Below, in pieces: positions 20,843 through 31,373 of a stretch of 64,000 nucleotides of DNA (positions within the stretch are counted from its first letter, which is position 1; each line of letters begins with the position of its first letter). The stretch is from an uncultured Spirochaetota bacterium (GTDB lineage Bacteria; Spirochaetota; Spirochaetia; SZUA-6; Fen-1364), in NCBI GenBank assembly GCA_963820525.1, contig CAWGAA010000001.1:1824001-1888000 (forward strand), in the 5' to 3' direction. The notes under the pieces were generated by a model that saw nothing but the letters and a program-made list of their open reading frames with translations, was not told where the DNA came from and searched no databases. Both the position numbers and the translations under genes were made by a program.

Positions 20843-20939
20843 CCAATTATTCCCTCCCCTCATGTCAAGCGGCGTCGGTGCGCGCGGTCACAAGGGGCCG
20901 CCGCTCTTTAGCGCCCGGCCCCGTTCGTCCTTTCCCGGC

Positions 20940-21572
20940 TCAGCCGTTCGAGTAGCTGATGAAGAGCTGGGCCTGACCGATGATCTTTCCCTGCATCGCC
21001 GCCTTGAGCTCATCGAGGCTGTAGCCGTTTTGCAGGCCCGTCGGAGCCGAGAGGGCATACACCGTCAAGCGGTAGATGTGGATCAGGGGCCTCTTCGCGT
21101 CCTTTGGAAAGTCCGAGGGAGGCTGAGGCGCCGTGTAGCCCGGCATGCCCGCCCCGTTCTTTCCCTGGACGAAAGGCGGGTTTCCGGCCGAGGCGTTGTC
21201 CGCAAGACCGCCGAGGGCGGGATCGATGTCGGCCGCGGTCCAATGGAGAAATGCATCGGCTTTGATGCCGTATGAGGCGAGAACCAGACGCGCATCGGGG
21301 TCGTCAAGGATCAGAGCCAGGGCCTTGGTTCCGGCAGGCACATTCTGCCAGGAGAAGGGGAAGGACCTCGGGTTCCTGGGACCCTTGTCCTTGGCCGCGT
21401 ACATCGGGTCCAACCGGCCTGCGGATTTCAACCCGCTGTCGAAGCCGATCTCGGACGGCCCCGTGACGGCCGGGGAAGAGAGAGAGAAAGAGCCGCTCTG
21501 CGCACCCAGGGAAGCGGCGGCGAACAACACGATACCTCCAAGGAGAGGCAGCTTGACCGTGAAGAATCTCAC
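20940..21572 (-). CDS. YbhB/YbcL (PEBP/RKIP-like) secreted protein
   Basis: ALILDDPDA, HW, GY..P.PP, H.YRLTVYAL; signal peptide; GAGGAGG RBS before GTG 21572. Confidence 0.88.
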   Translation of the reverse strand: MRFFTVKLPLLGGIVLFAAASLGAQSGSFSLSSPAVTGPSEIGFDSGLKSAGRLDPMYAAKDKGPRNPRSFPFSWQNVPAGTKALALILDDPDARLVLASYGIKADAFLHWTAADIDPALGGLADNASAGNPPFVQGKNGAGMPGYTAPQPPSDFPKDAKRPLIHIYRLTVYALSAPTGLQNGYSLDELKAAMQGKIIGQAQLFISYSNG

Positions 21573-21691
21573 TGAAACCTCCTCAAGAGAAATGAAAAGA
21601 GTGATGTCATGTGAGCTAAGGTACATACGGCGTTCGACTCCGGCAAACGCCGCCGAGGATCAGGGCGGATCGTGCAGGCCGCCGACCCCCG

Positions 21692-22210
21692 TCACTTCAG
21701 GTTTTTGCAGAAGTCCACCGCTTCGTTGAGGAGGGCCGCGCTCGCGACGTCTCCCCTGCAGCGGACGCTGGTATTCCTGAACTTGCGCACGACAACGAAA
21801 GTAAGGGAGGGCGCTGCTTCCGGATCCGTATAATCCAGGCTTTTCCCGATGAAGAGAAAGCCGTCGGTAAGTTTCTCCTGCTTGTCGATCTCGGTCCATA
21901 CAAAGGCAAGATCCAGCCAGTCTTTCTTCATCAGGTTGGCAGCGTAATCGTCGAATGTTCCCGCTTCGTCGTCGCTGACCGCATCGACATAGAATTCGCT
22001 GGTTACATCCTCGCCGTCTCCGGAGGTCGTGTTCTTCTCAAAAGTCCAGGAGTTCATCTCCTCATCGTAGGTCCCATCCCAGCCCTTGAACGAAGATTGG
22101 ATCTTGGCGACGTTGATCGCGTTGGGACCCGCAAGAGCCACCTGCGCGCAAACAAGACCGAAGGGGAGAAGGAAAAGAACAGCCAGGGATTGCTTCACGG
22201 ATCTGGTCAT
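21692..22210 (-). CDS. Hypothetical secreted protein
   Basis: Signal-like N-terminus, acidic mature part, two C-terminal Cys. Confidence 0.6.
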   Translation of the reverse strand: MTRSVKQSLAVLFLLPFGLVCAQVALAGPNAINVAKIQSSFKGWDGTYDEEMNSWTFEKNTTSGDGEDVTSEFYVDAVSDDEAGTFDDYAANLMKKDWLDLAFVWTEIDKQEKLTDGFLFIGKSLDYTDPEAAPSLTFVVVRKFRNTSVRCRGDVASAALLNEAVDFCKNLK

Positions 22211-22400
22211 AAGACTTTGCGCCTCCCGATGACATGCCAACACTATTTGGCCGCAAATCCTTTGTCAAGCAAGAAATACACGCGTCCTTTGGGCACGCGC
22301 AGGTGACCCCAGAGACGACGCTCGCATAGACATTCCATGGAGCAGGCTTGCCTCATGACATTTTCATGGCGATTTTTTAATTGTCCGGTCAATTAATGGA

Positions 22401-22685
22401 TTGAACCTTCCCGAGGTCATCCACGATCCTTCGGCCGCGCCGCTCGCGCTTTCCGCGATCGAGGAAGTCACCTCGTTCCTCACGGAGTATCTCTCCGCGA
22501 AGATGGACCGCGGGGAGCTTTGCAAGGCCGACGCCGGCCTTGCCGCGCACCTCTTGCTGGGCGGAGTCATGGATATCGTCCTGCGCCGCGGGATCATCCG
22601 CGACCCGACGGTTCTCGGCTACTCGCACGAACAGATCGCGCAGAGCGTCATCACGACGACGCTGCCCGGGTTGATTCCACGATGA
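22401..22685 (+). pseudogene. Probable TetR C-terminal remnant without HTH
   Basis: 'YLSAKMDRGELCKADAGLAAHLLLG...IAQSV..TL.GL.PR' resembles a TetR C-terminus; no HTH or RBS upstream. Confidence 0.5.
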
Positions 22686-22756
22686 GCTCTTTCATGGACA
22701 AGGATTACCCGGCCGGCCCATTGCCGGCCCGGCATTGTTTCGAGGAGGTTTCTTGA

Positions 22757-23221
22757 ATGAGTGCGATCCTCATCTTGATCATCATCGCCGTCCTTCTGAA
22801 CGGCACACTCGCCGGAGGCAGTCTCGATACTGCAATCGTCAAGCTGCCGGCCCGCAAGCGCATCGGCTCCCGCGCCTACGCCGCTTTCGCACGCGGAAAC
22901 GATCTGGGAAACGGAGCAATAGTCTACCCGATCTGGGCCGTATGCGCGGCGCTTCTGGTTTTCGCCGCGACCGCCATCGCCTACGCCGCTCGATCAAGCG
23001 GGCCGCTCCTGCCTCTTTCAGTCGCCTCGACTGCGAGCATCATCCATTTTATCGCCACGAGCCGAGCCGCTCCCGTTATGCTCAGCCTGCGCAGCGCTCC
23101 GGATGACGAGGCTGTCCTGGAAGGCAAGCTGGACACGTTCGCCCGTTGGCACTCAGTTCGAATGGCCTTTCAGGTCATTGCCTTCGCGGCTTTGCTGTGG
23201 GCGCTGGTCGCTGCCCGCTGA
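22757..23221 (+). CDS. DUF1772 (anthrone oxygenase-like) membrane protein
   Basis: GAGGAGG RBS, 4 TM segments, 'FARWHSVR' motif. Confidence 0.7.
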   Translation: MSAILILIIIAVLLNGTLAGGSLDTAIVKLPARKRIGSRAYAAFARGNDLGNGAIVYPIWAVCAALLVFAATAIAYAARSSGPLLPLSVASTASIIHFIATSRAAPVMLSLRSAPDDEAVLEGKLDTFARWHSVRMAFQVIAFAALLWALVAAR

Positions 23222-23372
23222 ACACTGGAGGAACCATGTTGCACCTCATATCTGGTTGCGGGGTTTTTCGGGATCGCGCTCGCGGCCGCGAGCAGAGAGG
23301 CCTTCGCCGCCGCGATGACAAAGGACTGAAGCGCAAGGATCCGGGAGCGCACCTATCCCGGCTGCGGCCTTG

Positions 23373-23954
23373 TCATTCGTATTGCATTCTCACCATGGGA
23401 TAATCGGCCCAGGCGCTGTCTCTGTCCTTTTCTTGAATATACTTGGTTGCCTCTTCATCTCGCCAGGAAGAATCGAGCTTAACCTCATAATTCCACATGC
23501 TGGCCATCCGGGAATCCTTTCCGGATTTGTAGTCGCCGGCTTTCGGACGTTGATAGGTGACCATCATATGGCTGAGGTAGATAATCTTCCCTCCCTGGCT
23601 GGGAATCCTGATCTTCAAAGGAACGGGGCCAATGCTGTATTCCCCATTCACATCTTTCTCCGTATATTCAAAGCTCTCCACGCGATATTCGTCCGCTCCA
23701 TTCGTCGAGAACTTGAAATATCCATCCGATGTAATGAGGCTCTGTTTTTCCTTTGTCGTGTCATTGACTACGACAATGACGATACCGGAACGCACGAGAG
23801 CTTTCCCTTTATTGAAGAACCCGTCGGGAAAATTGAGCAAAAGGTTCCCGATCACAAGAGAATCGCTCTCCCCTCGAGGTTTTGGAAAACCTGCGCAGGA
23901 AAGAATGCCCAAGAGCAGGAACCCGCAAAGAATAATAGAAAATGATCGCTTCAT
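23373..23954 (-). CDS. Hypothetical lipoprotein
   Basis: Lipobox ILSC; lower GC than neighbours. Confidence 0.7.
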   Translation of the reverse strand: MKRSFSIILCGFLLLGILSCAGFPKPRGESDSLVIGNLLLNFPDGFFNKGKALVRSGIVIVVVNDTTKEKQSLITSDGYFKFSTNGADEYRVESFEYTEKDVNGEYSIGPVPLKIRIPSQGGKIIYLSHMMVTYQRPKAGDYKSGKDSRMASMWNYEVKLDSSWRDEEATKYIQEKDRDSAWADYPMVRMQYE

Positions 23955-24069
23955 CCTGATTTATCTCCTTATTCTTTCGCTCGCTTATTATATCACAGCC
24001 AGCGCGCCACGGCGTGCCTTTCCGCGGACCTTTCACCCTCCGCCCTTCGGGAATCAATATATTTGGAAC

Positions 24070-24339
24070 ATGACGGTCTCGGCGAATGAGGCGTGCGTAC
24101 ATCTCGCCCAGATCCGCGAGGTGACGCCACGGAGCGATGGATGCGAGGAATGTCTCGCCATGGGAGACTCATGGGTGCACCTGCGGCTGTGCCTGATCTG
24201 CGGGCATGTCGGCTGCTGCGACTCGTCGCGGAACAAGCACGCCACCAAACATTACAGAAAGACGGGGCACCCGATCATGAAATCCATGGAGCCGGGTGAA
24301 GACTGGCGCTGGTGCTATGTAGACGAATCGATCGTTTAG
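24070..24339 (+). CDS. UBP-type zinc finger protein
   Basis: CxH...GCEECL...WVHLRLCLICGHVGCCDSS..KHATKH...WCYVDE. Confidence 0.9.
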   Translation: MTVSANEACVHLAQIREVTPRSDGCEECLAMGDSWVHLRLCLICGHVGCCDSSRNKHATKHYRKTGHPIMKSMEPGEDWRWCYVDESIV

Positions 24340-24366
24340 GATCGCGCAGGAAGGAGATATTGTTCC

Positions 24367-24582
24367 ATGAAATCCGTCGTTAGGATTCTTGCAGACGTTG
24401 TCGGAGCCCTCTTGATCCTCATTGGCGCCGTATGGGCGCTTCAGGGAATGAGCGTGCTCAACTACGGCTTCATGGCGGGCCACAGGCGGTACATCCTCAT
24501 TGGCGCCGTCGTGGGCATCGTGGGCATCGTGCTCATCATTCTCGCCAACAGGCGGAAAAAAGCCCTCGGCACCTCGACGTAA
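24367..24582 (+). CDS. Small 2-TM membrane protein
   Basis: AGGAG RBS; 'GAVWALQG...FMAG' pattern. Confidence 0.7.
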   Translation: MKSVVRILADVVGALLILIGAVWALQGMSVLNYGFMAGHRRYILIGAVVGIVGIVLIILANRRKKALGTST

Positions 24583-24874
24583 GCCCGGGGCCGGCAAGCC
24601 GGAGCGCGGCGGCATCGTGCCCATGACGCCGACCGCGCTGCCGAGGGGCTTGACGAGCGCGCTCTGATACCCGCCCCCGAGCAGTTTCATGATGAAGCCG
24701 CTTCCCTCCGCCGGGTCTCCCGCGGCGGGGAGGGTGATCACGGCGCTGAGGGCAACGCGTGCGATCTCGCTCAGGGGCCGCACGGAGATTGCATGGTCGA
24801 TGTCCCGCATTCCCTCCCGCTCTTCTTGTCGACTCCCACATCCGGCCACCCGTATATTAACTGTAGAGGAACAC

Positions 24875-25969
24875 ATGCGAACACGAATCTCATTCATTCT
24901 GGCCCTTGCCATTGCGGCCGGCGCAGCACCTTCCGCTTTCGCCCAGGAGAAGCCGGAGGCGGCGCTATTCGCCGGAGGAAGCTTCGCGGTCATGCAAACG
25001 GCGTTCGAGGACGTCTATGGCGTGATCTCCGTCGTGGCGGGGTACACGGGCGGCACCGCCCGAAATCCGACATACCAAAGCTACGCGAAGGGCGGATACC
25101 TGGAAGCCGTGCAGGTGACCTTCGATCCCAATCGCGTAACTTATCCCGAGCTTCTTGACGTCTTCTGGCGCGCCGTCAACCCGACGGACTCCGGGGGCCA
25201 GTTCACCGACCGCGGTCCCCAATTTGCAGCGGCCATCTTCTGGCTCGATGAAAGGCAGAGGGCGGCGGCGGAGGCATCGAAAGCGGCGCTGGCCGCTTCC
25301 CGGCGGTTTTCCGCTCCCATCGTGACACAGATCCGCCAGGCATCCGCTTTCCATCCCGCCGAGGATACATGGCAGGATTACGCGAAAAAGGACGCGGCCG
25401 CCCTCAACCGCTTGGTCTCCCAATCCGGGCGCGCCGACTATTTGCGCAAGATCTGGGGAGAGCAGGCTCTCGCGGACCCTGCTGCCCCTCCGGCGGCCAG
25501 GAACGGCGTCTACCGCAAACCGGACAAGGCGGATCTTCGAAAGACGCTCACGCCGCTTCAGTTCGAGGTGACCCAGCAGGATGGGACCGAGACCCCCTTC
25601 GACAACGAGTACTGGAACAACCACCGTGAGGGGATCTACGTCGACATTGTTTCCGGCGAGCCGCTGTTCAGCTCAACGGATAAATTCGAATCGGGAACCG
25701 GCTGGCCCAGCTTCACCAGGGCGCTTGCGCCGAGCAATGTCATCACGCGCATCGACCGCAGCTTCTTCATGGAGCGCACCGAGGTCAGGAGCAAGTACGC
25801 GGATTCCCACCTCGGCCACCTCTTCACGGACGGCCCGGCCCCGACGGGGCTCCGCTATTGCATGGATTCGGCGGCCATGCGCTTCGTGCCGGTCCAGGAC
25901 ATGCAGAAGGAAGGCTACGGCCGGTACCTGAAGCTGTTCGCCGCAGGCGCCCCTACGGCAGGCGGCTGA
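24875..25969 (+). CDS. msrAB: Secreted MsrA-MsrB fusion with degenerate MsrA active site
   Basis: Signal peptide; MsrA fold (GYTGG, NPTY, EAVQV.FDP, GGQF.DRG) but GGSFAV replaces GGCFWC; MsrB intact ([23 protein letters not shown]). Confidence 0.88.
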   Translation: MRTRISFILALAIAAGAAPSAFAQEKPEAALFAGGSFAVMQTAFEDVYGVISVVAGYTGGTARNPTYQSYAKGGYLEAVQVTFDPNRVTYPELLDVFWRAVNPTDSGGQFTDRGPQFAAAIFWLDERQRAAAEASKAALAASRRFSAPIVTQIRQASAFHPAEDTWQDYAKKDAAALNRLVSQSGRADYLRKIWGEQALADPAAPPAARNGVYRKPDKADLRKTLTPLQFEVTQQDGTETPFDNEYWNNHREGIYVDIVSGEPLFSSTDKFESGTGWPSFTRALAPSNVITRIDRSFFMERTEVRSKYADSHLGHLFTDGPAPTGLRYCMDSAAMRFVPVQDMQKEGYGRYLKLFAAGAPTAGG

Positions 25970-26987
25970 ACCACAACAGCGATAACGAGCCCGCCACCAG
26001 GAGCAAGGCGGCGGCAACGGCCGTGAAGATCGCCGTTATCTCGGTCTGGCTCTTCTCCACGATCAACCGCGTGGAGAGCGCCTCGTAGATGCCTTTGAGC
26101 TGGTTTTCGTCCTCGGCCCTGAAGTAGCTTCCGCCCGTCTTGGCGGCGATCTGCTTGAGGGTATTCTCGTCGAGGAACACGCGAAAAGAGAAGCCCTCCA
26201 TCCCGATGAGGGCGCCCTGGGGGGTGCCCACGCCGACGGTGAAAACCCGGACACCGCGGTTTGCCGCCTGATCCGCGATATCAAGCGGGTCGGGGCCCGT
26301 GTTGCTCTGGCCGTCGCTCAAGAGGACGATCACGGCGCTCTTGTAGCTTCCCGGCGGGACCGGCGGAGGCGCAGCTTGAGACTGGTCCTGCTGGGCGGGC
26401 ACAAGCGGCTGGGTCGGGGAAGCCGCCCGGGATGAGTTGTCGGCTGCGGGGTTTTCGAAGATGGCGTCCAGCGAAACCAGGAGCCCGCTGCCGATCGCGG
26501 TGCTCCGCTGGGTCCGCAGCCGGTCTATGGCTGCATAGAGCTGGTCGCGATCGGTGACGGGGGCCTGGACAAGCGAGGCCGATCCTCCGAACGCCACTAT
26601 TCCGATGCGCACCGAGCCCGGCTGCCGCTGAATGAAGGCCCGCGCCGCGGCTTTCGCGGCATCGATGCGGCTGGGCTTGATGTCCTGCGCCCGCATGCTG
26701 CCGGAGATGTCGATGGCCAGGATCACAGTGCCCCGCTCCGAGGGGAGCAGGACGCTCGCCGCCGGGCGGGCGAGCGCCACGATCATGACGGTGAGGCCGA
26801 GGAAAAAGAGCACCGCGGGAATATGCCTTCTCACCCCGGGGCCGCGCCCCAGGGCTTCCTTCACAAGGGAGAGGCTGGAATAGCGAAGCGCGTATTTTTT
26901 CCTTCGCCTCTGAGCCAGCAGATACGCCCCAATCAGGACCGGAATAATTGCGAGCAGCCACAAGAGCTTGCCCCAGATGAATGTCAT
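25953..26987 (-). CDS. VWA-domain protein (BatA-like)
   Basis: N-terminal TM, ALARP, MIDAS DISGSM, TAIG, LLSDG. Confidence 0.9.
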   Translation of the reverse strand: MTFIWGKLLWLLAIIPVLIGAYLLAQRRRKKYALRYSSLSLVKEALGRGPGVRRHIPAVLFFLGLTVMIVALARPAASVLLPSERGTVILAIDISGSMRAQDIKPSRIDAAKAAARAFIQRQPGSVRIGIVAFGGSASLVQAPVTDRDQLYAAIDRLRTQRSTAIGSGLLVSLDAIFENPAADNSSRAASPTQPLVPAQQDQSQAAPPPVPPGSYKSAVIVLLSDGQSNTGPDPLDIADQAANRGVRVFTVGVGTPQGALIGMEGFSFRVFLDENTLKQIAAKTGGSYFRAEDENQLKGIYEALSTRLIVEKSQTEITAIFTAVAAALLLVAGSLSLLWFSRLP

Positions 26988-27939
26988 GCTTTCTCCCCCG
27001 CCGCATGCGGACTGCCCAGGGGCGCCGGACGGGCGGCGGATTGAGCGCCCGCCCTCCTGCGTTTTCGAAGCGCGGCGAACCGCACGAGCTCGCCCACCAG
27101 GTCTCCCTCGGTTGAAAGCTCCAGGACATCCGTCCCGCAGCGCGCGAACGCCTCGGCGAGCTCGTACTCCCGCCGCCGCGCCGCCTCGGCGAACCGCCTT
27201 CGAAACCCTGCGTCGTGGGTGTCGAGAAAGAGCTGCTCGCCGGATTCCGAGTCTTCCAGAATGACGGCGCCGACGTCGGGAAGGACGCTCTCGCGCGGAT
27301 CATGCAGGCGGATCGCGAGCGCCTCGTGCCGCCCGCTTAAAATACCCAGAGGCTTGTCCCAGCCGGGCACGCTGAAAAAATCGGATACGATGAAGACGGC
27401 CGACCGCCGGGGAATCACCCGCTGGGCCGTTTCCAGGAGCAAGGAAAGCCTCGTCACCGGCACGCGCCGTGAACGCTCCTCTGCGAGAAGGTCGTTGATG
27501 AGCCGGAGAACCTGGATCTTCCCCCCTGGGCGGGAATGACGCGCGCGCTTTCCCCGTTGAAGAGGATGGCCCCAATCCTGTTTCCGTGCCGGGTCAAGAG
27601 GCGGGCCAGCACTCCAACCAGCTCGACCAGGAGGTCCCGCTTGAGCGCCCGCACGGTTCCGAAGTCGACCGAGGGACTCAGGTCCAGGAGGAACCACGCG
27701 GTGACTTCGCGGTCCTCCACATGGAGGCGGACGTAGGGAGTCTGCATCCTGGCCGTCACGTACCAGTCGATGGCCCGCACGTCGTCGGTGAGCTGATACT
27801 CGCGCAGCTCCGCCAGCTCCAGACCGAACCCGCGAAACAGCGTCCGGTAGTTGCCCTGCAGCAGGCCGTCGAGACGGCGGATCACCGTCCAGTCCAAGCG
27901 CTGCAGGATTCTCTCAGGTGCCTGCGCCGGCGCCGGCAT
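26984..27939 (-). CDS. DUF58 protein, frameshifted at a G6 run (27521-27526)
   Basis: G..LAELREYQ..DDVRAIDW, DLSPS then IVSDF, LHDPRE in the next frame; one extra G restores AQGGKIQVL. Confidence 0.85.
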
Positions 27940-28960
27940 GGCCGTACACGGGTTGGGGCGCTGGAATCGCCTCCAACACCTGCTGGAGGATCATGTCCGC
28001 GGTGATCCCCTCGGAGAGGGCCTGATAGGAGGTCACCAGGCGATGCCGCATCACGTCGAGGGCGATATCGATGAGGTCCTGCGGTACGACATAGGCGCGG
28101 CCCCGAATGTATGCGAGGGCCCGCGCCCCCAGGATCATGTTGATGGATGCCCGGGGGCTCGCCCCGTATACGATGTAGGGGGCGATGTCGGGAACGCCGT
28201 ATTTCGCGGGGTCCCGCGTCGCGGCGGCCAGGCGCACCGCGTGCTGGATCAGCAGGGGATCCACGAAAACGCTTTCCGACTCGCGCCGCAGCTGGATCAG
28301 GAGCTCCGTGGTGGCCACGGGGCTCACCGCCGGGAGGGCGGCGGTCATCCGCTCGACGATGACGAACTCCTCGGTCTCTTCGGGGTAGTCCACGAGGACC
28401 TTCATCAGGAAACGGTCCACCTGAGCCTCGGGCAAGGGATACGTCCCGTCGGTTTCTATCGGGTTCTGCGTCGCCATGACGAGGAACGGGTCCGGCACGC
28501 GGAATGTCTCCCCGCCTATCGTCACCTGGCGTTCCTGCATGACTTCCAGGAGGGCGCTCTGCACCTTGGCGGGAGCGCGGTTTATCTCGTCGGCGAGCAG
28601 AAGATTCGCGAAAACGGGGCCCAGCGAGGTGCCGAACTCACCCGTTTTCTGGTTATAGATTCGCGTGCCCACGAGGTCCGCGGGCACCAGGTCCGGCGTG
28701 AACTGGATGCGCTTGAAGGTGCCGCTGATCGTCTGCGCCAGCGTCTTGATCGTGAGGGTCTTGGCAAGGCCCGGCACTCCCTCGACAAGGAGGTGGCCCT
28801 GCGCGAGGATCGCCACCAGCACGCGCTCCAGCAGATGGTCCTGGCCGACGATGATCTTCTTCACCTCGTAGAGGATCTGCTCCATCACCTGGGCGGTCTC
28901 ACCGCGGGCCGCCGTATCCAACGTCCGGGGGTCCGAAGTCGGGTTTATTCTCATTTCCAT
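27914..28960 (-). CDS. moxR: MoxR family AAA+ ATPase
   Basis: EGVPGLAKT, RIQFTPDL, DEINRA, ATQNPIE. Confidence 0.95.
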   Translation of the reverse strand: MEMRINPTSDPRTLDTAARGETAQVMEQILYEVKKIIVGQDHLLERVLVAILAQGHLLVEGVPGLAKTLTIKTLAQTISGTFKRIQFTPDLVPADLVGTRIYNQKTGEFGTSLGPVFANLLLADEINRAPAKVQSALLEVMQERQVTIGGETFRVPDPFLVMATQNPIETDGTYPLPEAQVDRFLMKVLVDYPEETEEFVIVERMTAALPAVSPVATTELLIQLRRESESVFVDPLLIQHAVRLAAATRDPAKYGVPDIAPYIVYGASPRASINMILGARALAYIRGRAYVVPQDLIDIALDVMRHRLVTSYQALSEGITADMILQQVLEAIPAPQPVYGHAGAGAGT

Positions 28961-28974
28961 ACCTTCAAATCCTC

Positions 28975-29856
28975 CTAGTAGGGGGGTGATCCGATCATCC
29001 CCGCGGCCGACTCCAGGGGAATCGCGAAGCCGATTCCGATGAACACGTTCTGTCCCGTGGGGTTGAGAAGCGCCGTTACGATTCCAACCACCTCCCCATC
29101 GCGATCCACCAGCGGCCCTCCCGAATTGCCGGGATTCACCGCCGCGTCGAATTGAATGAGGTTGGCGAGCGTTGCGCCGCTTTCCTTCGACGTGAACGAC
29201 CTTTTCAAGCCCGAGACGACCCCTGCGGACGCAGAGCTCAAGATGCCGAAGGGGTCTCCGACGGCCACTACCTCGTCGCCGACGTGCAGAAGGGACGCGC
29301 TCACGAGCGTTGCCGGTTTCAGGTCATCGGGAATCGTTGCCGGCTGAAGAACGGCGAGGTCCTGATCCGGCTCTTTCTGGATCACATCGGCGGTGGACTG
29401 CGAGCCGTCGGCGAAGATGACGTTGACCTGGGTCGCGCTCTTCACGACGTGCAGGCACGTGAGGATGAGGCCGGTATCGGAAATCACCACGCCGGAGCCG
29501 AGGGAACCCCCCTTGGTCTTGTCCGTGCCCGAGCCGGTCACGAGAATGCTGACCAGGGAAGGGCGGATCGCTTCATAGGCCACCGAGGCGTCCGAAGGCT
29601 TGGGGGGCAGCGCGTCCAGGGTGCGTCCCACCGCCGTGTCAATGTCCCCCTGGGTAAGCCTCTGCGGTGCGGGCTTCGAGGCGTCGTAGATCAGGATGGC
29701 CGCGCCCGTGACGAGGAGGTTGGCCGCGATCAGGAACAAGGCGCTGTAGCGCGAATACAGGCGGACGATGAAGTCCGTGACGATCTTCAGGTCCGAAGGC
29801 TGCTCGGGCTCCTCGGGTTGCTTGAAAGCCTGGGGCAGCCGGCTGGAAAGCAACAT
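28975..29856 (-). CDS. Membrane-anchored trypsin-like serine protease (S1C, no PDZ)
   Basis: TCLHVV, DLAV, GNSGGP triad; N-terminal TM. Confidence 0.9.
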   Translation of the reverse strand: MLLSSRLPQAFKQPEEPEQPSDLKIVTDFIVRLYSRYSALFLIAANLLVTGAAILIYDASKPAPQRLTQGDIDTAVGRTLDALPPKPSDASVAYEAIRPSLVSILVTGSGTDKTKGGSLGSGVVISDTGLILTCLHVVKSATQVNVIFADGSQSTADVIQKEPDQDLAVLQPATIPDDLKPATLVSASLLHVGDEVVAVGDPFGILSSASAGVVSGLKRSFTSKESGATLANLIQFDAAVNPGNSGGPLVDRDGEVVGIVTALLNPTGQNVFIGIGFAIPLESAAGMIGSPPY

Positions 29857-29910
29857 GATCTAAATTACTCAAGGGGGGGCGGTGAAGTGAAATAACATGA
29901 AATAACGGCT

Positions 29911-31030
29911 TCAGCCGCGGACGGCTTCCACCATTGCCCAGAAGTTCTCCAGGGGGGTGTCGAGCTGAACGTGATGCGTGGGCCCCACGATGAGCCCGCC
30001 GCCGGCTCCCACCGTCGCAATGCGGTCCCGCACCTCGCGGCGGACATCCTGCGGGGCGGCAAAGGGAAGGGTGCGCTGCTCGTCGATGCAGCCCCAAAAG
30101 CAGAGGCGTTTTCCGTACTTTTTCTTGAGCGCGCCGGGGTCCATGGCAGCGGGCTGCACGGGGTTGAGCACGTCCAACCCCATCTCGATGAGATCCGGGA
30201 TGATGGGCTCGATATTCCCGTCGGAGTGGTAGGCCAGCTTCACCCGGGGATTCACGGCCTTCACCTCGGCGAAGAATCGGGCCATGAGCGGCTTGAGGAA
30301 TTTCCGCCAGTGCGCGGGAGAGATCATCATGGCATTCTGGGCGCCCACGTCGTCCCCGGTCCAGATCATGTCCACGCCGAGTGAAGCGAGCCGCCTGGCC
30401 GCGGCCAGATGATAGCGAAACGGGATGTCGAGGATCCGCATGGCCAGATCCGGCTCGAGGGCGAGGTCCATCAGCATCCGATCGAGACCGCGCAGCGCCC
30501 AGGCGGTCTCGAAGACCGTGGTCACCGTGACTCCGACGATCCAGTATTCAGCTCCAAACCTTTCTACAACCCGCCGCGCCTCCGCATAGAGCTCGGGCCG
30601 CTCGGGATCCGGCGGCTTGTAGGATGCCACCGCTGCGTCATCCGCCAGGGGATGGCTCATCATTTCCGTGTAGCGGCCGGGACCGAAACGGGTCGCATAT
30701 TCGACCGCCTTCCACCCGATGCCCCACTCGTCGGTATACGCGTCGCCTTGGTAGTACGAATCCGCCCAGCCCACGGAGGTGAGAAGGATGGTCCTCATCC
30801 AGCGCGATTTCCAGCTCGTAGCGGTTTCCTCCCCCATGAGGGTTGTGTCCGTCGAAGGCGGACCGGAGCCTTCCAGAAGGCTTGCCGGAGGGAGGAGAAG
30901 CCAGGAGGCCCTTCTCCTCGAGGTCGAATCGCAGCCGGCGGGCGAACTCCGGCGTGAAGCTCGCCTGCAGGGGGCAGCGGTCTGGCTGCTCGTGGCCGAG
31001 AGCGGTCTGGACGCGCTCGCGATGGGTCAT
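29911..31030 (-). CDS. URO-D/MtaA-CmuA family protein, frameshifted near 30791
   Basis: MTHRERV..AL.HE.PDR.P N-terminus, then DEWG, GDDVG, YHSDG, LNPVQ; removing one base restores EDILLTSVGW. Confidence 0.85.
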
Positions 31031-31250
31031 GGAATGAGAGTATACGCCGGATGCCGAGCGGGCGAAAGGGTTTCGGCTAAAAGCCGGCGGCCGAACCAGT
31101 CCCTGCGGCGGCAGGCGCGCCTTGGCATGGCGATGCGCCTGTCCCGGTTGACCAGGGATGTGCCCCTGCTCTTGAACAGCCCGGGGCCCACGGGTATACT
31201 CTTTCCCGGCGGCGGTGAGCCGCCCTCCGCGCGCGTGCGTCGCTCGAGCG

Positions 31251-31330
31251 CGGAAGCGACTGGCGTTTCAAGATGGGCGCACCATCGGGGAGCTTCGGCG
31301 GGTCCGGCGTCGTACGCCTGGGCGCGGACC
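31251..31330 (+). ncRNA. ZMP/ZTP (pfl) riboswitch
   Basis: GCGACTGGCG...GATGG..CCATC GGGGAGC...GCGTCGTACGCCTGGGC matches the pfl consensus; directly upstream of glyA. Confidence 0.85.
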
Positions 31331-31373
31331 GCGAACCGCTTCGCCAGGGGGATTTCCCCCGCAGGGGGTGCTT

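Noticed and set aside
24583..24810. Minus-strand [21 protein letters not shown]... with an RBS, faintly like an Fhs N-terminus
   Set aside because: Similarity is too weak to support by eye and the frame runs antisense through two real genes.
24980..24982. Selenocysteine MsrA
   Set aside because: The codon is AGC (Ser), not TGA.
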